Shown: one piece after another, positions 1-7,625 of the stretch
Layout: each line of letters opens with the position of its first letter
Numbering within the stretch: the stretch's first letter is position 1
Virus record (IMG/VR): IMGVR_UViG_2718217859_000005
Strand: one strand, 5' to 3'
Source: a virus
Lineage: Duplodnaviria > Heunggongvirae > Uroviricota > Caudoviricetes
Length of the DNA stretch: 45,085 nt
Position numbers and translations under genes: made by a program
The notes under the pieces: model-generated
What the model saw: only the letters and a program-made list of their open reading frames with translations
The model's database searches: none
What the model was told of the DNA's origin: nothing

Positions 1-1314
1 CTAACCCACTGATTTTAATAGGCCTCTTGTGTCACTTTGGTGACTATGGGACATCATTGGGACATAATCTGCCAGCTTCTGATTCAGCATTGCGATCTGT
101 TCTGCATTGCTGTCAGTCATCCATGCTCCGTATACATTGAAAACCATCTGGGCACTTGCATGGCCCATCTGGCTGGCAATGAAGCTTGGATTTGCTCCGG
201 CAGATAATGACCAGCACGCATAAGTGTGTCGTGACTGGTATGCCTTTCGATGCCTGATGCCTGCACGCTTAATGGCTGTTTCCCATGAGTCGCCAATGGA
301 ATCTACCTTGTAGATAAAACCTACCTGTTTGCTTTTTCTAACCACCTGGGGGTTGAATACGAAAGTACATTCATGATTCACTGAACGTCCATATTCACGT
401 AGTTGAACCTTGATGTGGTGCTGCTTACCCAGTCTTGTCATTTCAGCCTGATTTTTCAGGACACTGATAGCGGGCTGGATAAGATGCACAACCCTGTTTG
501 TACTTGCTTCAGTTTTAGGTAGAGTGAACTCACCGAGTTTCGTATAATTGCGCCTGATAGTAATTGTTCCTGCTTTCAGATCGATATCTTCCCAGGCCAG
601 GGAGACCAGCTCACCATGACGCATTCCTGTGTACACAGCCAATGACCACAGGTTTTTTGTCTGCTGATGCCGGCAAGCATCTATCAGGCGAATAAATTCG
701 TCACGAGTTAGCGGATCTGGCTCTGCCCTGGCTTTTTTAAGAGGCTTAATTCCCTCGAAGGGGTTTGCTTCTAAGTAACCGTGATCTGCAGCAAACTGAA
801 ACATTCCAGCGATTGTCGTCATATAATAATTTACAGTAACGACGCTCCGTCCTCTTGCTGGTGCTTTGTCTTTCGTTGAATTCTGATATCCGGTCAGCAA
901 ATCTTTCCTGATATACAGCAATTCCTCTTTGGTCACCGTTGACACCAGTCTGCTACCTCCAATTTTCGGAATCATTGTTCTTGCAACGGACTCATAGCGA
1001 TTGAATGCATTTGCAGAGATTTCCATGCGTTTCAGATCCAGCCACTTTTTTTCAAGTTCTTTCACCGTAATTTCTTTTTTATTTACCCCAAAAGCCTTGA
1101 GGTTAGGAGAGTCAGGGAACTGCGCAGCGTAATCAAAGTTTCCTGTACGAATGGCAAAACATACAGATGTCCGCAGCTCTCCGGCGATCTTCCTGTTCTT
1201 GGCAGTGTCAGGGACACCAAGATTTTCCCTGACACGTTTACCTTTAAAATTAAACCAGATGCGTAATGTGCCACCGTGGTTTTCGACGCCTGTTGGATAT
1301 TTGACTTTATCCAT
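1..1314 (-). CDS. int: Phage tyrosine integrase (lambdoid Int family)
   Basis: 437-aa ORF ending exactly at the window start (stop TAG = reverse complement of nt 1-3). C-terminal region has a tyrosine-recombinase-like catalytic stretch (..RHTYACW..GHASAQMVFNVYGAW..). Sits at the prophage end next to an excisionase-like gene, as in lambda. Confidence 0.9.
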   Translation of the reverse strand: MDKVKYPTGVENHGGTLRIWFNFKGKRVRENLGVPDTAKNRKIAGELRTSVCFAIRTGNFDYAAQFPDSPNLKAFGVNKKEITVKELEKKWLDLKRMEISANAFNRYESVARTMIPKIGGSRLVSTVTKEELLYIRKDLLTGYQNSTKDKAPARGRSVVTVNYYMTTIAGMFQFAADHGYLEANPFEGIKPLKKARAEPDPLTRDEFIRLIDACRHQQTKNLWSLAVYTGMRHGELVSLAWEDIDLKAGTITIRRNYTKLGEFTLPKTEASTNRVVHLIQPAISVLKNQAEMTRLGKQHHIKVQLREYGRSVNHECTFVFNPQVVRKSKQVGFIYKVDSIGDSWETAIKRAGIRHRKAYQSRHTYACWSLSAGANPSFIASQMGHASAQMVFNVYGAWMTDSNAEQIAMLNQKLADYVPMMSHSHQSDTRGLLKSVG

Positions 1315-1369
1315 CGATACCTCCAGACGCCCAAGAGCGATATGAGCTTACATATTTCATGGTATTAAA

Positions 1370-1606
1370 TCACCCAGGTTGTTTGTTTTTCATTGAAGCG
1401 ACCCAGGCATCGATTGCTTTTCTGTTATACATACATTCGCTGGAAGGTTTTGGATTACCGTCAGGCGATACGTGAATATACTCTCTTCCTACCATCCAGC
1501 ATTCTTTCCGGGCCCGGAGAATTGTGCCTGGTTTGAGCCCGGTAATTGCGATAAGAACGCTTTCACAAACCCATTCATTGGGAGCCAGTTGAATCACATT
1601 GCCCAT
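1370..1606 (-). CDS. Putative excisionase-like small DNA-binding protein
   Basis: 78-aa ORF immediately upstream of and co-oriented with int; small and basic. Assignment is positional with weak sequence memory. Confidence 0.5.
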   Translation of the reverse strand: MGNVIQLAPNEWVCESVLIAITGLKPGTILRARKECWMVGREYIHVSPDGNPKPSSECMYNRKAIDAWVASMKNKQPG

Positions 1607-1614
1607 GCATTACC

Positions 1615-1761
1615 TCACACAACACTCAGCCCACGGCAGTGGCACCACACTTCAAACATTCGTTTCACAATTTCACGGCAGTAGAAACCGTCAACATCTC
1701 GCGTCAGGTCATAGCGATTGCCGTAACGCTGGCGTACCCATAGCTCAAACGCTTTATTCAT
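1615..1761 (-). CDS. Hypothetical small Cys-containing protein (48 aa)
   Basis: ORF not in the track (under 60 aa): ATG at 1761 preceded by AAGGA, stop at 1615; MNKAFELWVRQRYGNRYDLTRDVDGFYCREIVKRMFEVWCHCRGLSVV. Packed between neighbouring genes in the same operon. Confidence 0.3.
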   Translation of the reverse strand: MNKAFELWVRQRYGNRYDLTRDVDGFYCREIVKRMFEVWCHCRGLSVV

Positions 1762-1764
1762 TCT

Positions 1765-2007
1765 TTATTTCCTTTTCATGGCCCGTAATTTTTTCAGATG
1801 AGTTTCCTGTTCTGTATCTGCCAGAATTTGTCGGTATTCCTGGTGATCGAGCCGTTCAAACAGTTCATTAAAATCGTTTATTATTACCGACTGTATTCGC
1901 CCATCCATTCTTCTGTACAACACAGTGTTATTTATGCAGCGAATAATTTTTACCGGGTAACCGGCACTGTCGGTATACAGTTGTCCCTGATTAATCAAAG
2001 CGAACAT
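1765..2007 (-). CDS. Hypothetical early-left protein (81 aa)
   Basis: Internal ATG of track ORF 1765..2130 with an AGGAGA RBS (MFALINQGQ...); the longer ORF would overlap the upstream gene by about 90 nt. Confidence 0.4.
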   Translation of the reverse strand: MFALINQGQLYTDSAGYPVKIIRCINNTVLYRRMDGRIQSVIINDFNELFERLDHQEYRQILADTEQETHLKKLRAMKRK

Positions 2008-2038
2008 TTTTTCTCCTGCTCTCTGAATAGTGAGAACT

Positions 2039-2410
2039 TCAGAGTCGTATGTTTGTAGCGGGTTCAATACTGATAATTTCTGCTGAGATAAGCATCCCGG
2101 CAAGCCAGAGTTCTCCGGACAGGTCTTCATCCTGACATATCAGTTCGCCAATATTAATGGTGGCCATGATATCTGTTCCCCCTGTGCGCTCATCCTCGAC
2201 TTCTTCATAAGGCAGTGTTGCGTACAGGCTTTCAATAGCGCAACTGATAACATCCAGTCCGGTCAGATTGCCGCCGACAGTAACTTCGAATGTTTCGCGG
2301 TATTCCCATAACCCGAAAGTTAATCGAACGGTTTGTTTTGTCATGCGTCCGCATGACGTCAGATTCGGGTCATAGTTCATTATTTGCGGTTGGGCATTAT
2401 GGGTGTTCAT
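2039..2410 (-). CDS. Hypothetical early-left protein (123 aa)
   Basis: Track ORF with an AAGGGA RBS upstream of the ATG at 2410; acidic protein with no recognised motifs. Confidence 0.45.
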   Translation of the reverse strand: MNTHNAQPQIMNYDPNLTSCGRMTKQTVRLTFGLWEYRETFEVTVGGNLTGLDVISCAIESLYATLPYEEVEDERTGGTDIMATINIGELICQDEDLSGELWLAGMLISAEIISIEPATNIRL

Positions 2411-2424
2411 CTGCTTTTCCCTTA

Positions 2425-2443
2425 GCCCGGCGACCTGCCGGGC
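2425..2443 (-). promoter_or_regulatory. Intercistronic GC-rich hairpin (GCCCGGC-5 nt-GCCGGGC), no U-tract
   Basis: Perfect 7-bp inverted repeat between the SPFH gene stop (2451) and the next start (2410); not followed by a T-run on the transcribed strand, so more likely an mRNA stability or processing element than an intrinsic terminator. Confidence 0.4.
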
Positions 2444-2450
2444 ATATAAG

Positions 2451-3278
2451 TTATTTAACCTGGATAAATGGTGTACTGGCGCCGCTGGTCATGTATTGCG
2501 GCAGTGTGCCGTTCCATTTATTGATGGCTTCCAGCTCCATAACACCGGGGTTCTGGCGCAGAGCTTCACCGCGTAAACGAATAGCATCGGCTTCAGCCTG
2601 GGCTTTTGTGCGAATCGCATCTGCCTGTCCGGCAGCTTCCGCGCGCAACATGTTGGCTTCCGCTTCGCGCTGTTTAACTTCCTGCTCGCGCTGCAGTGTT
2701 TTCTGGTTCGCCGTGACTTTGGCATTAATGCTGTCGAGAACGGTTGGCGGATACTCCGGCTTACCCACATATGAGAGGCTCATTACCTGAATACCGATGG
2801 GCGTCATTTCTTCCTGAATGTCTTTAAGAGCAGCATCCAGCAGCTCAGACTTGCCGCCGTCGATAAATTTGTCGGTGGTCATTTTGCTGGCCAGTCGGTT
2901 AAGTGCGTCGGCGATCTTCTGACGCAGGTCGGTGTCGGTAATGTCATCCACGCCTTTGCGGTAGGTCTGAAACACCGTGGTAACTTTGGATGGATCAACT
3001 TTGTAGGCCACGCCAATGTGATAGCCGATGGTTGTACCGTCACTCATCTGGAAACTGAACGGTTCATCGTAGGTCTTCATTTGCTTGAAGGTGGGGAAGA
3101 TGTAAACTTCAGTATTCCAGCCAGTCCAGTAGCGACCAACACCGACCACCTCACCGACGCCTTTGTCGTCGCCCAGTTTATTTACCTTGATGCCAACATT
3201 ACCTGGTTCAACGCGATCGCAACCGACAAGGCCAATAGTCGGCAGAACAATGGCTAAAGCAAAAATAATTTTTTTCAT
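2451..3278 (-). CDS. SPFH/band-7 (stomatin/prohibitin/HflK-C-like) family lipoprotein
   Basis: 275 aa. N-terminal signal peptide with lipobox (..PTIGLVGC), then a body with SPFH-like features and a C-terminal Ala/Glu/Arg-rich coiled coil (QREQEVKQREAEANMLRAEAAGQADAIRTKAQAEADAIRLRGEA). AAGGA RBS; ATGA stop/start overlap with the upstream small gene. Confidence 0.75.
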   Translation of the reverse strand: MKKIIFALAIVLPTIGLVGCDRVEPGNVGIKVNKLGDDKGVGEVVGVGRYWTGWNTEVYIFPTFKQMKTYDEPFSFQMSDGTTIGYHIGVAYKVDPSKVTTVFQTYRKGVDDITDTDLRQKIADALNRLASKMTTDKFIDGGKSELLDAALKDIQEEMTPIGIQVMSLSYVGKPEYPPTVLDSINAKVTANQKTLQREQEVKQREAEANMLRAEAAGQADAIRTKAQAEADAIRLRGEALRQNPGVMELEAINKWNGTLPQYMTSGASTPFIQVK

Positions 3279-3463
3279 CTTTTATCCTTAGTGAAAGAAA
3301 GACCCTTGTAAATGGCATAAATGCAGGGCGGGGTCAGAAACGCCAGTGCAAAGCCAGAAATAACTGCTATCGTATCCTTCATGGATATAAGGAACGGAAC
3401 AAGTAATCCGTAAATACATGCGATAATTGCCAGTAAAATTACTATTGTGAAATACAGTCTCAT
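3275..3463 (-). CDS. Small hydrophobic membrane protein (62 aa, two predicted TM segments)
   Basis: Track ORF MRLYFTIVILLAIIACIYGLLVPFLISMKDTIAVISGFALAFLTPPCIYAIYKGLSFTKDKR; translationally coupled (ATGA) to the SPFH gene. Confidence 0.5.
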   Translation of the reverse strand: MRLYFTIVILLAIIACIYGLLVPFLISMKDTIAVISGFALAFLTPPCIYAIYKGLSFTKDKR

Positions 3464-3486
3464 TGGTCTGTGGTATCCCGATATTT

Positions 3487-3594
3487 TTAACCGACTGACA
3501 GCACAATAAAGAGAATAATGATTTCAGTTAGTGTCAGTACTGTGGCAAGGATTAAAATCAGTTTTACTCTGTTTAATTCACGGTTGCTTTTCAT
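3487..3594 (-). CDS. Tiny hydrophobic peptide (35 aa, one predicted TM segment)
   Basis: ORF found by eye (MKSNRELNRVKLILILATVLTLTEIIILFIVLSVG); no strong RBS. First position of the SPFH operon. Confidence 0.3.
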   Translation of the reverse strand: MKSNRELNRVKLILILATVLTLTEIIILFIVLSVG

Positions 3595-3639
3595 ACAAAC
3601 GGTTAGTAAAAAACGGAAGAATTATATTCTTCTTAATAT

Positions 3640-4221
3640 TTAATGTGTCACTGGCGCTTCTGGCATACTATGAGTATTCAGGTCGTTAATCATTTCATCC
3701 AGAAGGAGTTCAAGCCCTTCGCGCCCCATAGCAGAGACAATGAAACCATTATCAGGATCTGCGATGAGCATTTTTTGATAGAGAAACAGAACTCGCCCCA
3801 TGCCTTCAGCTTCGCCATATTTTTCAATAAATCCCCATTCGACATGGTTTTGCAGGGCAATGCGAAGTGGTCCGGGGTAGATACTCAGGCAACCATGTTT
3901 CCCCTTGTAAATAACTGCGCGATCTGTAGTTCCATTATCGTTAGGGATATCAACAGTGCCGTTCTTGTCTTCCTCTTCATTTATAAATGTCGTCACATAC
4001 AGCCATCGCCACTGAGCAACCTTCATATCGACTGAAAATCGTCCCAGCAACCCTGCATCATCGGCTTCAGCAATACATTGCATGATTCTTAAACCGTGTG
4101 AGTTTGGATAATCGTATTCACCATCATTAAGTCGCTGTACGGCATCAACAAAATCAATGGTTGTATTGCCAATTTTTATGCCATGTGGCGTAACTTCTGG
4201 TCGGAACTCTGAATGATTCAT
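3640..4221 (-). CDS. Hypothetical protein (193 aa), unknown function
   Basis: Internal ATG of track ORF 3640..4296 with an AGGAG RBS (MNHSEFRPEV...); ATGA overlap with the upstream 62-aa gene. Confidence 0.55.
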   Translation of the reverse strand: MNHSEFRPEVTPHGIKIGNTTIDFVDAVQRLNDGEYDYPNSHGLRIMQCIAEADDAGLLGRFSVDMKVAQWRWLYVTTFINEEEDKNGTVDIPNDNGTTDRAVIYKGKHGCLSIYPGPLRIALQNHVEWGFIEKYGEAEGMGRVLFLYQKMLIADPDNGFIVSAMGREGLELLLDEMINDLNTHSMPEAPVTH

Positions 4222-4406
4222 AATGTTTGCTCCTTTGCTGGTGGAATAATCGTGTAGCCAGCTCTTTTTGCCATCCACAGAAATGTATCCATGCAACCAA
4301 CGAATTCATTATCCAACAGATGTTTTGAGTAAATTACTTCACCATTTTCAATGGTTAGCAACACTCTTACTTTTTTATGTGTTATGTTTTGTTGTTTTTC
4401 TTCCAT
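4218..4406 (-). CDS. Hypothetical small protein (62 aa)
   Basis: Track ORF 4218..4421 trimmed to the ATG at 4406 (MEEKQQN...), which has a GGGAG RBS; coupled to the downstream 193-aa gene. Confidence 0.45.
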   Translation of the reverse strand: MEEKQQNITHKKVRVLLTIENGEVIYSKHLLDNEFVGCMDTFLWMAKRAGYTIIPPAKEQTL

Positions 4407-4410
4407 TGAC

Positions 4411-4524
4411 TTATCTCCCATATGCTTTGCGCAAATACAGGCTGGCTATATGAAGATAAGAATCTCCATGTTGTGCAATGAGGCAGGCAGTTTTATACGA
4501 TGCCTTATGTTTCAGGAAAGTCAT
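4411..4524 (-). CDS. Hypothetical small protein (37 aa)
   Basis: ORF found by eye: ATG at 4524 with an AGGAG RBS 9 nt upstream; stop overlaps the RBS region of the next gene. Confidence 0.25.
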   Translation of the reverse strand: MTFLKHKASYKTACLIAQHGDSYLHIASLYLRKAYGR

Positions 4525-4602
4525 AACATAATCTCCTGCGAATAAAGGTTGCAACAATCCCCGGCGATAAAACCGTAATAAACATTCAGGGAATATTTAT
4601 TG

Positions 4603-4968
4603 TTATTGCGCTAATTCTTTTTCGGCAGCAGATTTTGCATATTCACATGCAAAATTCAGAATTTCGCTGCCAAGTGTTTTTGTTTCGTGATTACTGGACA
4701 TATGTAATACCTGTGTTGCATGCAATAAATGATAAACATTTACCGCAAATGAGTCCGGCTCCAGACAAATGCCTTCATAATCATCTTGTTGTGAGGTTGT
4801 TTCTGTCATTGCTCCTGAAGTGCATGCGAGTCTGTTTTTGACAATTCTCTTTCCTCTAATCACTATATCGGCAACATCTATTGCCTTTACAACCTCCGGG
4901 AGAAGTTCCGGGTTTGTATAATCAAAGTCATCAACATGGAGAACGGTTATGTTTTCGAACTTTTTCAT
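4603..4968 (-). CDS. Hypothetical protein (121 aa) whose C-terminal half is paralogous to the N-terminal domain of the upstream HTH protein
   Basis: ATG at 4968 overlaps the TGA of the upstream gene (ATGA) and has an AGGAG RBS. Its C-terminal segment (ICLEPDSFAVNVYHLLHATQVLH...LGSEILNFACEYAKSAA) aligns by eye with the N-terminus of the 153-aa protein (LEGLELDSFALNIANLLSAVRTFH...LGIEVMEFIHEYALSAA). Confidence 0.55.
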   Translation of the reverse strand: MKKFENITVLHVDDFDYTNPELLPEVVKAIDVADIVIRGKRIVKNRLACTSGAMTETTSQQDDYEGICLEPDSFAVNVYHLLHATQVLHMSSNHETKTLGSEILNFACEYAKSAAEKELAQ

Positions 4969-5426
4969 GCGCAAGTATCTCCTGCTGTTGGTTTACCGGT
5001 TAACAGCCACATCGGGTCGCAACCAAGGACATTTGCCAGCGGGATAAGCATACTGATAGTTGGTTCATAGTCTCCGCTCTCCCACTGAATGATGATTTCT
5101 TCATCGAGATCGAGCAGCCTGGCGAGTTCGGCGGTTGTTAAGCCGCAGGCTTCGCGTTGGGTGCGAAGGTTAACCAGCCAGCCTTTAGGGAAGGATTGTT
5201 TTTGTTGTGCAGGAGAAGCCGCAGATAGAGCATATTCATGGATAAATTCCATTACCTCAATGCCCAGTTCCTTTGAGCGAGCACAATCCAGAAGATGGAA
5301 TGTGCGTACAGCACTTAGCAAATTTGCAATATTTAATGCAAAGGAATCAAGTTCTAAGCCTTCAAGCGTAACACAGCCGCAGTTGATAAAATTAGTTGTT
5401 TCTGGAGTTGCTTTTAGTGTCTTCAT
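4965..5426 (-). CDS. Two-domain protein: unknown N-terminal domain plus C-terminal XRE-family helix-turn-helix
   Basis: 153 aa; C-terminal segment LRTQREACGLTTAELARLLDLDEEIIIQWESGDYEPTISMLIPLANVLGCDPMWLL matches the XRE/Cro-CI HTH pattern. First gene of a cassette with its own promoter. Confidence 0.7.
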   Translation of the reverse strand: MKTLKATPETTNFINCGCVTLEGLELDSFALNIANLLSAVRTFHLLDCARSKELGIEVMEFIHEYALSAASPAQQKQSFPKGWLVNLRTQREACGLTTAELARLLDLDEEIIIQWESGDYEPTISMLIPLANVLGCDPMWLLTGKPTAGDTCA

Positions 5427-5479
5427 ATACCCACCAACAATTTTAAATTGAATTTAATCAAGTTATAATTGATGGTGCG

Positions 5480-5508
5480 ATATTATGCTTTGAGAAATAG
5501 GCTGTCAA
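5480..5508 (-). promoter_or_regulatory. Near-consensus sigma70 promoter (TTGACA-17 nt-TAATAT) driving the 4965..5426 cassette
   Basis: On the minus strand, -35 TTGACA at 5508-5503 and -10 TAATAT at 5485-5480 with a 17-nt spacer; about 50 nt upstream of the ATG at 5426 and downstream of the cI terminator. Confidence 0.55.
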
Positions 5509-5535
5509 GAAAAAATTGATATCGTGTGTTTTAGG

Positions 5536-5560
5536 CAGAAAAAAACGGGCAAAGCCCGTT
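5536..5560 (-). terminator. Rho-independent terminator downstream of cI
   Basis: Hairpin AACGGGC-AAA-GCCCGTT followed on the minus strand by a 7-8 T run, 12 nt after the cI stop. Confidence 0.55.
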
Positions 5561-5571
5561 AAAATCAAAGA

Positions 5572-6261
5572 CTAACCAAATCTGTTTATATTGAATGGTA
5601 CTGATGAGATCACTTTAGACTGGATATAAAGCAGAGCTAACCCCTCTTTTTCGATGCTCCATGGTTGATAATTGGGGTTATCAGATAACACCATGATTTT
5701 GCTTCCAATTTTTTGAAGTCTTTTCACGTAGCATTCTCCATCAAAACAAAATGCATAAATGCCATCGCCATCAAAATAAGTTACTGTCTTATCAAGAAAA
5801 AGAAGGTCGCCAGGTGAGATTGTGGGAGCCATACTGTCTCCTCTGGCGTTACCTATTTCTATATTTTTGAATGCCCGATTTCCAACAAGGCGTCGGGCAT
5901 ATTCAGGATCAAGTTCTATTGAGCGCACTACATCTATCAAGTCACCACGGACATGAGTTCCATCACCGCAACTAAACTCAACATCAAGGACATTAAACAC
6001 GACGCTATCTGTTCTTGTCTGGTGTTTCTCTTGCGAGGAAAAGGTTGGTGAGGAGTCTTCACCTAAGAACCAGGATTGTGGATAACCGCTAATCTCGGAT
6101 AAATGCGCGAGCTTATCACTCCGTGGAAATGTTTTTCCTGTTGTCCAGTACTGCACTGATTGCGCACTCACACCTAACTTGCGGGCCAGTTGAGCCTGAG
6201 TCCATCCTTTTGCTTTCAGCATCGCGGCTATTCGATTTTCCGTGTTTTTGACGTTCTTCAT
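5572..6261 (-). CDS. cI: CI-type prophage repressor (N-terminal XRE HTH plus C-terminal S24/LexA-like autopeptidase domain)
   Basis: N-terminal HTH (LKAKGWTQAQLARKLGVSAQSVQYW); C-terminal S24 motifs (GDSMAPT with Ser nucleophile, and ..YVKRL.. with Lys). ATG at 6261 has an AGGA RBS; the track start at 6267 is a TTG. Confidence 0.9.
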   Translation of the reverse strand: MKNVKNTENRIAAMLKAKGWTQAQLARKLGVSAQSVQYWTTGKTFPRSDKLAHLSEISGYPQSWFLGEDSSPTFSSQEKHQTRTDSVVFNVLDVEFSCGDGTHVRGDLIDVVRSIELDPEYARRLVGNRAFKNIEIGNARGDSMAPTISPGDLLFLDKTVTYFDGDGIYAFCFDGECYVKRLQKIGSKIMVLSDNPNYQPWSIEKEGLALLYIQSKVISSVPFNINRFG

Positions 6262-6394
6262 GACCAAATCCTGTGGGTTTCTTTACAAGGATAAATCTTT
6301 ACTTGATTTTAGTGTATTCGATCCTTTTGCAACTTGCATGTTAATTTAAACTTGATGTATTTTTGATTTATAAAGTTAATATTGGTGCTTTGTT
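6262..6394. promoter_or_regulatory. Divergent immunity control region (putative PRM/PR and operators)
   Basis: 133-bp AT-rich spacer between divergent cI and cro-like genes. Contains repeated ACTTGAT/TTGAT(T)T motifs (near 6301, 6351, 6364), an AAGGAT/ATCCTT inverted repeat, and a candidate rightward promoter (TTGATG..TAATAT near 6352-6378). Confidence 0.4.
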
Positions 6395-6694
6395 ATGAAA
6401 GGAAATGATTACGACAAACTTCGTGCATTAATTGCGCAAAATGCCATAGCGCGAAATCTTGGTGTGACGCCGCAAGCGGTGAATCAGTGGTTTTCAAAAA
6501 ACACAATTCCTGCTCGTTTCGTTTTACGCGTATGTGAAGTAGTTGCATGGAAGGTCACGCCACATGGCTTAAGGCCAGATCTTTATCCTCACCCTGAAGA
6601 TGGAATTCCTGATTCGTTACGCAAAATTTCAAATCCAAGCCTAGCGCGCACGGAAGATGGGCAGAGTGATTCATCAGAAATGTCCACGCGATGA
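6395..6694 (+). CDS. Cro-like HTH regulator
   Basis: 99-aa ORF divergent from cI, first gene of the rightward operon; HTH-like segment IARNLGVTPQAVNQWFSKNTIP. Confidence 0.65.
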   Translation: MKGNDYDKLRALIAQNAIARNLGVTPQAVNQWFSKNTIPARFVLRVCEVVAWKVTPHGLRPDLYPHPEDGIPDSLRKISNPSLARTEDGQSDSSEMSTR

Positions 6695-6770
6695 ACGGTT
6701 ACTGAACGAAAAAAGAAAAGCCGGGCCGCACTCCGTCAGCCCGACTTATTCTGATTAGTAAGGGGATTTC

Positions 6771-7625
6771 ATGATGATCAATAAACAAAAATTAGTCAAC
6801 CCTGAAAACTTGCCAGTTATTGAGTGGCAGGGAGTACGTGTAGTTACCACCGAAACGTTGGCGGCGGGATATGGAACAACGCCAATCCGTATACAACAGA
6901 ACTACATTCGAAACGAAGATCGTTTCGTTGAGGGTAAACACTTTTTCAAAATCAGCGGTGATGAGCTGAAATCTTTCCGACTATCTTTTAGCGAGTCGGT
7001 TAATAAACATACAACATCACTTGTCCTCTGGACAGAACGCGGCGCTGCCCGCATGTCAAAAATCGTCGATACAGACGAGGCCTGGTTGTTCTTCGAAAAA
7101 ATGGAGCAGGCGTATTTTCGTAAAGCAACGCCTTCTTCAAACACTATTCCAGACTTTGACGATCCGATCGCTGCTGCTGAAGCGTGGATTGAAGCCAAAA
7201 AATCCGAACGCCTTGCTCTCGGGTATGCAGAGCGTCAGGCTCGCTACATCAGCAAACTCGAAAGCCATCTCGCCGATGGCATCACTCCTGTGCAGTTCTG
7301 CAAACAGCTCAACGGTGTAAACACTCGTCAGATTAATGCGTTCCTTGAAGAGCGTAACTGGCTGTATGACGACCGTCCGGAGGCTATGTATCCGCGCTGG
7401 CGTGTAAAAGCGTATGCACGTGACCAATACCTGACTGAGCGTTCTGGGCAGGTTGAGCAGGAAAACGGGGAAATGCGCGAGATTTTCAAACCACTCCTGA
7501 AGAAAAAAGGTGCCGCCTGGTTATATCGCCATTATCTGAACGGCGAACTACCTATGAAGAAAACATGGGATGGGCAATTTACCCATAACACTGAGCTCGC
7601 GAATCTTTTACAGGAGAGCAAATGA
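6771..7625 (+). CDS. Phage antirepressor-like protein (KilA-N/ORF6N-type N-terminus, KilAC-type C-terminus)
   Basis: 284 aa; AAGGGGA RBS. Domain organisation typical of prophage Ant proteins as recalled; occupies the cII position. Confidence 0.65.
   Translation: MMINKQKLVNPENLPVIEWQGVRVVTTETLAAGYGTTPIRIQQNYIRNEDRFVEGKHFFKISGDELKSFRLSFSESVNKHTTSLVLWTERGAARMSKIVDTDEAWLFFEKMEQAYFRKATPSSNTIPDFDDPIAAAEAWIEAKKSERLALGYAERQARYISKLESHLADGITPVQFCKQLNGVNTRQINAFLEERNWLYDDRPEAMYPRWRVKAYARDQYLTERSGQVEQENGEMREIFKPLLKKKGAAWLYRHYLNGELPMKKTWDGQFTHNTELANLLQESK

Noticed and set aside
5427-5570. Search for an N-utilisation (nut) site or N-like gene immediately left of cI
   Set aside because: The interval contains a promoter and a terminator but no recognisable boxA/boxB arrangement, and no Arg-rich N-like ORF follows; absence noted rather than a feature called.
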